Below, one piece after another: positions 10,460 through 20,100 of a stretch of DNA of 64,000 bases. Below the pieces are notes generated by a model. The model made no database searches. It was not told where the DNA came from and saw only the letters and a list, made by a program, of their open reading frames with translations. The stretch's first letter is position 1, and the number at the start of each line of letters is the position of its first letter. The position numbers and the translations under genes are program-made. Source of the stretch: Neophaeotheca triangularis (lineage: Eukaryota); the NCBI GenBank assembly GCA_054600435.1, contig BAAIJX010000003.1:620001-684000 (forward strand), written 5' to 3'.

Positions 10460-12056
10460 GCTCGTTTCAGCATAGCAAGGCGTCTGGCGAAAAGACCGCG
10501 GAAATGCGGTGGGAACGGAGCAGCGGCGTTCGGGTGGATACTGGGGCTTAGCCCCTCAGCAGCATAGCGATCAGTATCAAGCATGGCGAGTAGCCAAAGT
10601 TTTCGTCAATAAGCGGTTCTACAGGGTTTGTTGTTATCGTGGAATGCTAGGTCATGTATGGCTCTTCTACCCAAGGCTGTGTGGTTGTCAGCTAAGGACC
10701 CATGCGGCTAACTACATGGGCGCGCAGCTGTTGCCATTGCTCACCATCTTCTCCCTGGCAGAGAAATAGCTGTACGCCTCACCTTACTCGTTGTTAAGAT
10801 ACTACAGGGAGTATCACTGTCTGGCTCCACAAGCAGTGAGGTTACATTATTAACGTGCGTACATAGAACCCGGTGCTTTCCCCCGACCCTGCAGGAGCTC
10901 AAGAAAACATCTATGTTATTCCCTCTAGCCATCGTTGCCGCCTATAATGACCCTCCAGCAACACTGCGCCCTTAATCTGAGCCACAACCACGGAAGAGGC
11001 TTCAAGATTGGGAAGACAATACCCCACCTTCGTACGTACTATGAAGCGCTGATAGCTTTGGCCACCCGCCAGGGACGCCGTGTCCTCGATTTTTAGAGCC
11101 CTGGGCTCACGCTGGCGGCCATGCGTGCATAAAGGATGCCACCTCTTTGCCCGCTCATGTACAGCAGAGTAGCCCGTCGATGAGAGCCATGTGTTTGTCC
11201 TGAGTTGTTGAGCCGCCGGGATCTGGCTGTTGGCTTAAATAACGCATTTGCCTACGGGAGTTTGCTGTCGATTGAAGCAATGCTGCCGACATCCAGGACG
11301 TATTACTGACACCTGAAAACTTGTCTAACCTCTGACCAGAACCTCATAAGCGACGTCAGGGCCCTCAGGTCCGATCAGCCGTTACAGCCTGCAGCAAAAT
11401 CGTCCTTCCAGCGCGGGCTGCTTCTGCTTTTGCATTGGGCATAGCAGTATTGTGCATTGCCTTCTTTGCGTGACTGGGTGGAGATTTTGAGTTGATGCGG
11501 CGCTGAGACCGTGGCTGTGGCACCGAGGCGCAAAGTCACCGATGAAGCGGACTCAGAAAAGCAGAAATGCAGCACTCTCACAGAAGTGCATAATGAGACG
11601 GACGCGCTCGAAGGTCTGGCTCCAGCGACTTCCAGGAACATGAGATTAATGGGAAGCCATGGAGATCAAACGTTTCCCTATGTGCTTTGCCTGATACCGT
11701 CTGCCAGAAAATGTACATGATGTGGCACGCAAGCGACGAGGCGTACGTAGTGGATCGTCAAGATGGAAGCCTTCGTGTACCCAAAACGGTTTGAGGTGAA
11801 GTCGAAGCTGGAAAGTCGCTTCCAGTCACTGCACGTGACGCTGAAATCTTGGCACGCGCACCAACCGGAGCTGTGAAGCTGGCCCGCAAAATTGTTGGCT
11901 TTCACGACTTCACGATTCGATTCTACCTCTTCACCACCTCCATCACCTCACCACACTTCCCTTCACAGTAAGCAGTACTGCCATTAGGACACCGCGCACC
12001 GACAGAGAATTGACAGTGAAGCCAGCACCTCACCACCCCTCCCTCCAACCACCACA

Positions 12057-13250
12057 ATGTCTGAGCAGCTCGTCCTCAGGGGTACCCTGGAGGGTCACTC
12101 CGGCTGGGTCACCAGCTTGGCCACCTCCCAAGAGAAGTATGTTGAATAGGCAGAGTAAAGGGGATGGACAAACAGGGCTAACCGATCGGTAGCCCCAACA
12201 TGCTTCTTTCGGGCTCTCGCGACAAGACCCTCATCATCTGGAACTTGACCCGCGACGACACCTCGTACGGCTACCCTAAGCGCTCCCTTCACGGCCACAA
12301 CCACATCGTCTCCGACTGTGTCATCTCCTCTGACGGTGCTTACGCTCTTTCCTCTTCGTGGGACAAGACCCTCCGCCTGTGGGAGCTCTCCACCGGTGTC
12401 ACCACCCGTCGCTTCGTCGGCCACAACAACGACGTCCTCTCCGTCTCTTTCTCCGCCGACAACCGTCAGATCGTCTCCGGCTCCCGTGACCGCACCATCA
12501 AGCTGTGGAACACCCTCGGTGACTGCAAGTACACCATCACCGACAAGGGCCACACCGAGTGGGTCAGCTGCGTCCGCTTCTCCCCCAACCCTCAGAACCC
12601 CGTCATCGTCTCCGCTGGCTGGGACAAGTTCGTTAAGGTATGTTACAACACTCCGTTTGCTATTGCTAGGTGGATATGATGTTTCTTCAAGTATTTGCTA
12701 CTTTAGAGCCTTCGGGCCATGAAACACACTTTTGCCTTCACCGGCGCGCTGATCCTCAGTCCAAACCACGCATCAATTTCAGAAGAGCCAGTCACAGAAA
12801 CAACGCTGACTTGCTATTCCTCAGGTCTGGGAGCTCGCTACCTGCCGCATCCAAACCGACCACGTCGGCCACACCGGCTACATCAACACCGTCACCATCT
12901 CCCCCGACGGCTCCCTCTGCGCCTCTGGTGGCAAGGACGGTACCACCATGCTTTGGGACCTCAACGAGTCCAAGCACCTCTACTCTCTCACCGCCGGCGA
13001 CGAGATCCACGCCCTCGTCTTCTCTCCCAACCGCTACTGGCTGTGCGCTGCCACCAGCAGCAGCATCATCATCTTCGACTTGGAGAAGAAGAGCAAGGTT
13101 GATGAGCTCAAGCCTGAGTACATGGAGGTTGGCAAGAAGAGCCGTGAGCCTGAGTGTGTCTCTTTGGCTTGGTCCGCTGACGGCCAGACCTTGTTCGCCG
13201 GTTACACCGACAACAAGATCCGTGCCTGGGGTGTTATGAGCCGTGCTTAG
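12057..13250 (+). CDS. ASC1: RACK1/Asc1/CpcB G-beta-like WD40 ribosomal protein; introns 12137-12192 and 12638-12824; probable 5'UTR intron 11968-~12025
   Basis: [24 protein letters not shown]...LSGSRDKT...[14 protein letters not shown]...[11 protein letters not shown]; strong codon bias. Confidence 0.97.
12672..12755 (+). ncRNA. Intronic box C/D snoRNA, U24/snR24-like
   Basis: Box C ATGATGT 12676-12682; guide TATTTGCTACT 12692-12702 as in yeast U24; D' TAGA; box D CTGA 12749-12752; GGA/TCC terminal stem; yeast ASC1 hosts U24 in its intron. Confidence 0.85.
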
Positions 13251-13651
13251 ATTAAGTACAGTATGGCGGTGAAACGCGGTGAGACGCACGGAGATGCTCG
13301 ATACGAGGATCGCTTGGTGTTGTGAGCAAGTTGGCTAGCGCCTGCGACTTCCGATGAAAGGTCTAGATGCGCGCGTGCTCGGTCGATAGTAGACTACCCA
13401 ACAGTTCATTCATTCAGTGTTCTATCTAGTTCTAGTGTGACTGATTGTGGAAGCGTAAACTGCAATCTATAGATCGAACACGCACGTGTTCTCGCGTTGC
13501 TTATCTCTTATCAGCGCGTCAGCGTCACCTCGACCATCTGCATGTCTTGTGTATGTAACCTTAAGACCCAATATCCTCCTACAAGGTATACCGCCAGCAA
13601 CCGAGCATGTGAAATCAATACCAAATCTGCTTTGCAACGGATAGCACCAAC

Positions 13652-14136
13652 ATGGCAGCCACTATACCCAAAAACAGCGTCTGGTCCTCGATGGGCTACG
13701 CGCCACCCCGCGGGCCCTGTAACCACAAAAGCGGCCTCATGTCCCCCGCCTGCCCCTGCCTGCGCTTCATGCTGCACCCCGTGAAAGTAGGTCCCAGCAG
13801 AATACACACAAGAACGTTTCCCCCTTTTCTCATCTTCACTTTCACACGTTCCTCGTGTACACCAATGAGCTACTGACTTTTCCCCACCAGGCGGCCACGA
13901 GTTTCGAGTGCGATGGCTGCGCCCACCACGCTTCTTTCCACTCCATGGAGTCGCCGGCTGATGAGGCTACGGTTGCTAAGTGGAATGAGTTGGCTAGTCG
14001 GGAAGGGGGCGGGGGCCAGGTGGTGATAGGAGCGGCGCGGAAGAGGAAAAAAATTGCTGCGGTTGGCTCTGGGACTGGGAATGGGACTGGGAATGGGAAG
14101 GGCGGTAATTGGGATGTCGTCGAAGTTGTTGACTGA
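13652..14136 (+). CDS. Small Cys/His-rich fungal protein (intron 13787-13890)
   Basis: Spliced ...GPCNHK...CPCLRFMLHPVK / AATSFECDGCAHHASFH...; GTAGGT...TACTGAC...CAG intron joins two ORFs in frame. Confidence 0.7.
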
Positions 14137-16358
14137 ACTTGCTGTGTCTCGCGGTCTTTGTGGTTTGCTAGGATGGGATGTGTTGCTTGCTCTTGCCTGC
14201 CTAGTTGGATGGGACCAGTAGCGGGTACAACCCAGCGATTCGACACGCTGGCCGCTAGGATGACCCGGAGACCCGACTACGTACTCATTGACAGGGTGAA
14301 GTCCTAATGTCGGACCCGCGACTTTGGCTCCGGACACTGACTGCACACAGCAATTCTTGGCCTCCCCGCTACATTGCGACGGCGACATGAACACTAAGCA
14401 TGTCACCAAGTGCCACTGGCCTGAAAAAAAAAAGGCTCTCGAAGCAAGTGCCGCAATTCTCAGAAACAATTGCAAAAGGCGCTACATCCGTAGGAGAGAG
14501 TGGCGTGGCTCAAGAGAAGCAGTAAGAGCAGCAGTGGTAGAAGGGCAGTCACTACCAACAGAGTGTTCATGGAAGAAGATGCCTAAAGGCACTCTTTGGT
14601 TTGAAGCTGGAAGCGCGATTCTGGCTGCTTAGACCAACTTCGACTGCACCCCTGTAACGATAAAAGCATGCAGATTTCAAAGCCTGTAAACCATTTTCGT
14701 TACTCCTCTCTGTCCGCGATCAAGCATATGGGAATTACCTCTCGAAGCTGACCATCACGGGAGCAGCATTGGCTTATGAATACCGAGTCAGCAAACTGAG
14801 ATGCTGCTGCCGCCTGTGGACAGGGCTCGTTCTTTGACGTCGAAAGTGAACGTTGTACATCCATAGCGATGGTGCGCTTATGTTCTATCTTGTTTCTTGA
14901 CCGGTTTCAATGAGCAGTTGCTGGAAGCATGAGGAGAGAGGCAAAGCAGGAGCAAGAGGTCTTTGTATTCGAGCTGTCCTCAGAAAGGTCCAGTCCTCGA
15001 ACGCATGACTTAAATGCGTCGATCCAACGTATCGCAGAAGGATGCCGAATCCGTTGCTGTTGAAAATGGGACACGGAGGCAGGCATTGCTGACCCGTCGT
15101 GACATATGACTCTTATCGGGATGAGACAGTCGATGCCGGTTGGATAAGTCGGGCAGGGCAGCATGGATGAGAGACTAATCATCCTGATGAGAGCACTTAC
15201 GTTCTATATCACTCATTGTTATATCTTCCATTGCATTCCTCAAATGTCAACTAGAAAAGAAAAGCCTCAAGTAGGTAGGAGACCGCATAGGTACGGTACC
15301 CTCGAAAGTTCGGCTCGGAAGCCAACGCCCACGCCAGCGCGACCAGCCACCGCCCGAGCCGGAAAGCAAGACGTCGCGCCGACGCGGCCCTACATCCCAC
15401 AGCCAGCCACCCTCTCCGATCCCTCTCGCCAATCGTCTCACGCAAATGGACCAAGAAAGTCATCAGAGATCCTTCCCTTATGGGCGGGAAAAAGACAATA
15501 ATACGGCAAAGGGCAAACGGCGAGCGGGAAAGCGGGCTGGACCGCGAGGACATTGCTGTCGTGGCACGAGTTGGTGAGGGCGGAAAGCAGCACGAGGCTG
15601 CAGACTACTGTGAGAAGTAACATGGGCATTCTGCATCCCATGATTTGGCGGTCGATGGCTGTCGAGGGCGATTGGCGGCTTTGTTATGATGCCTTACCTT
15701 GCAACCTTGGTAGGTACTTACCTTACGGATTCCCCCACCTGTGCTTTCGACGCGAGCCGGAGAATATAATGATGACCCCGGGATGCTACCACCACCCTAC
15801 CTGCTTGCTGCTTTTGCTATGCTGCTATGCGGGCGGAGCGTTTACAACATGCGTTTGCGCGCATGCATGTACCTTGTGTTTTTGGTGGGACTTGGTATGC
15901 GTGATTACCGTAAGGCTACCGTCGTGGCGGTCGTAGTGTGGCTGGTACTCTACGAAGATAGTGGAGCGTTGGACGTGGGCTTCTCAAGCGTTCCGTAAGA
16001 ATAGACGTGAATTCGTTTTTTGTTAGTTAGGTAGTTTGCCTGGCTTTCTTTGTAAGCCGTCACAGGCTGCGACGAAGAAAGCTCTTGGGCGGTGAAGACG
16101 CGCTAAAGAGGCGAATGATAGAGTAGGTAAGGTAGCGTGAAGAGTTGGCGGCGACTTGTATCGTCGAGCTGGCGTTGCCGGGTGAGCCAACTGGTACTGG
16201 TACTAGGCTACCTTAGGTACTACTGGCAAGTTGCAACGGCAACGGGTGACGGTCGTCCGTTTGGGTGGCCCTGGATGGGTGGCGCCTTCCGAAAGTTTCG
16301 ACTTTTGAGTGGTTCAGCAGACATGGACGTGGATCCCTGTGGCTCCACCCAACACCTG

Positions 16359-16384
16359 CTCTCTCTCTCTCTCTCTCTCTCTCT
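16359..16384. repeat. (CT)n microsatellite
   Basis: Seen directly; a second (CT)n tract lies at about 16731-16754. Confidence 0.9.
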
Positions 16385-16729
16385 GTCACCGGTTGCATCA
16401 GGCAGAGGAAGAGCTTAAGAGTGAACGCAAGTCCAAGTAAAAGATACCGTAGTTAGCCAAGAGAGCTTTGCTTTGCTTTAACTAGCTATCGTTGACGTCT
16501 TCTGTCGCTACATGTAGTTTTCAATCAATCGTCACTCTTCATTTGATTAATCAACACATTTCATCACACAAGTGACAAAACCCGACCATCGACCCCTGCC
16601 CTGCCTGTTGCGGGGAACTCGAGCCAGCGCCCGCCCGCCGCCCGCGCCAGCGCAACAGCACCGAAAGTCTGTCGCCAGCTCATTCAGATCACCCTTCCAA
16701 GCCTCCTTCCAACACCCGACGACCGCCCT

Positions 16730-16760
<31 letters not shown>

Positions 16761-17132
16761 CCTGCTCTCAACCTCGCCCGAGCTATTCCAACCGGTAGTT
16801 TCACCCAAATTGTCCCAAGCTGCTGGAATTGCAGAGGCCTCACTATCTTTATTTCCGGACCTGGTCGCCTGAGGCAGTCGTAACGTTAGCAGTACTGTAG
16901 TACGGAAGCGCCTCCGAAGGCTGTGCGACAACAATCACTCCCACTCTGTCTCTCGGCCGCGTTTGCACCCTCGCTCCGCCGCCCACGCGCTGCGCAGTCA
17001 CTGGAACCTGGTTGACTCCCACTGCGTGCTGCCGACCGTTGACATACCGTCACTGCCATTCGCCGAAAAAAAAAAAGTCTCCCGTGATGAGCACTTCAAA
17101 CAGCTTCACCTCATCCCTGGCACTTCTTTGAA

Positions 17133-20100
17133 ATGGGGCTCGATACTCGCCGCCCTCCTCTCCCCGCGCCCACTGACGCATCTTCCCTGGACGACACTAC
17201 CAGCGCACTTGGCACTGACGTTGTTACCAACGTCTCCAAAAGGACCGACAAGACCAGCTATTCTGTACCCGAAGACGGCAGAGCGATTACTATCAACACC
17301 GAAAAGGCCCGAGGCAACCGAGACCACGGCTTGGGCGGACACCGTAGAAAGAAGAGCCAAACTAGCTTACTCATCGAATATTTCGAGGCCGCGAAGAAGG
17401 GAGACAACGTCAAGAGTAAGCCGAGTGTGCGCGTTCGCGTCACACCAAGCTCGAAGAAGAGACGAGGCGACGTTGGCGAGGGCGACTCAGTTAAGATTAC
17501 TGGCATCGGCAAGGATCGCAAGCCCAGTTACACCCGACGGATATCGCTGGGGAGTAGCAGGCAGGCCGGGGCTGGTGCGCACACCGCTCTGGAAGGAACA
17601 GAGGTCAGCCAATCTTCTGGGAGCAATCTTAGTGGTCAGCCGCCGATCGAGGTCGAGGTGATGGGTAACGACAGCGAGTTATCGACGGGCAAGTCGTCCC
17701 GCGGCCTGCTTTATGCCCAAAACGAGTCGAATATCTCTTCTCTCCCACCGGAGAGTATGCTCGAAGGAAGTGAAGAAACCCAGCGCAGTCGCAGCATCGA
17801 CCGCATAGGGGACGAAGAGTCTTTGGCCGACGACGGGGGCGTGGATCATCTAAAAGCGCCGACTAGAAGTCGAAGTAGGAGCTTGAGCCGCGAGCGCATC
17901 ACGCAGAAAGTCATGGAAAAACTCGGTCAGCAGCAGCAGCAGCAACAATTCAGCAAGCCTCGCAAATCCAGCAAATCCAGCAATGATCGTAGCACTAGCC
18001 GAGACTACGATTACTCCCGCGAGCGAAGGAGACGGTCTTCGAAGAGCAATCAGCTTGAAGGTGACGCCGTTAGCGGCGCAGAGTCGAGTTTGCTCTCCAA
18101 GCCCACGGACAGCCAACTATCCTACCGGTCTGGCACATCGCAAGGCTCGCGAATCTCGAACAACCCAAAGCTGCTGGAAATGGTCGAGGACACCATTAAG
18201 CGCATGATACTTCCGGAAATCGACTCTATACGAGAAAACCAGCGTACCGATCGCAACAACCGTTCGTACAAGGACAAGAGGAGCGCCTCGATTCCAATAA
18301 AAGAAGGATATGAGCCAGGAAGCGTGGAGCGGACAGTGTCAAAGTCTTCGAGCACGCCCAATATCACTGGTAGGCCAAAAGTCGTTCTTAACCAAGATGG
18401 CGATGATCCCGGAACAGTACTATCACGCGGTGACTCAGAGCGGGTTAAGTCGCGCAAGTCTAGTCGAGATAATAGCGAGCGACCATCCAGTCGTCGTTCT
18501 TCCGGTGGGCGTCGCTCCTCCTACGGCTACGACGACGAAGAATCTGTTCGCCACAAGTCGAGCAAGAGTAGCCGCGGTCTCAGGGATGTCGCTGCTGCCG
18601 GTGCCGCAGGCGCCGCTGGCGGCGCCCTCACATCCGCTGCTTTGAAGCATCACGAATCTCAAAGTGATACCCACGATACCCACGAGAAGCGAAAGAAGCG
18701 CAGCAAGTCTCGAAGCAGCCGTAGCAGGTCCGCTAGCATTGCCGAAACTACCGAAGATGCTTACGGGAAGGAGAGGGAGGCGATTCCGCCCATGCCAATG
18801 GCAAGCCGCATTGGCGACTCGGATCTCACACGGGACAGTATCCTGTCTTCGGCGACAGAGGGCCAAGAATCGACAATCTCCCCTGATATCCGCACGCCGA
18901 TCCGCGAGGTATCACGTGGAAGCCTCGGAGAGGCTATGTCGCCCTCGTCTGCTCGTACACCTACAGGGGACTCGCCTGGTGGTCTTGGCATGAGCCACGC
19001 GAACAGATCTCTCGATAGCCCGAATTCTATTTCGAACAGAGCCAGACTCGCTGGGCTTGCGGCTGCTGGACTCGGAGGTGCAACTCTAGCGAAAGGTGTT
19101 TCGGACCATCGGGATCGACAAGTGGATGCGGACGGCTATGGGACTCAGTCTCCTCGACGGGACTTGGGCAGTCCTGCTCAAAGCGTCTCGAGCCTGCGCA
19201 AGCAGTACGATGACGACCCTCTGATCCCAAGTGGGCTGCGTCCTCGTAGTGCGGCATCTCGCTCATCGGGCGGACACTCTCAAACTAAGCATTCGTCAAA
19301 GACATCACTCAAGTCAACAGATTCATCGCCCAGGAACAAGCTCACGAAGTCGCGCAAGACTTCAGACCAAACCGGAGGAGACGAGTTCGTTACGCCTATG
19401 GAAGCGCCTCAGCCAGGCACACCGGGCTATATTCGGGAGGGCACCAGGACTCCGAACGGCGAGAGCGTCGACGAGTGGTATGATCGACAGCACGCCGAGA
19501 ATGACAGGTATCGCAACTCTTTGGACGACGAAACTACGAACCGAGACTCCTACCAGACCAACTCCGACTCTTACGGTACCAACCGTGGCTCCTTCCAGTC
19601 AAACAACGATTCTTATCAGACCAATCGTGACTCATACCAGACAAACCCATATCCCGAAGATTCTAAACGCTTCACGAACTACACGGACGAAAGCTATGAT
19701 GAAGGTCCAGCAGACAAGACCTCGTCGGCGCAGAACTTGCAAGGTGTCGGCGCAAATCCGGAGTATGTCCACACGCCACAGGGTGTGGAGTCGAACGTCG
19801 CTTCCCTTGTTGGGCCTTCAACTGTAGATGGCAGCGGTCTACAATCGTCTCTCTATAGCGAGCAAGGCAAGAGAAGAAGTGGCACTGAAGCCTACAGCGA
19901 CCGCATGAGCGAGCACTTGCGCGACATGGGCCATGATGAAGACAAGTCTGCTATGTACGAAGGCTCAACTGCCAGTCAGAACGAGCCGAGTCAAAACCGC
20001 TGGTCTGCCATTAAGAACCAGGCCAAGGCTCTCTCGTCTGCTTCCGACGCGAGTCCCGATCGTGTGGCCAAGATGAGCTCGCCTCAGCAAAGTCCGGCAA

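Noticed and set aside
14200..17100. Short ORFs in the 3-kb region upstream of the large gene
   Set aside because: No codon bias or motifs; treated as promoter and 5'UTR.
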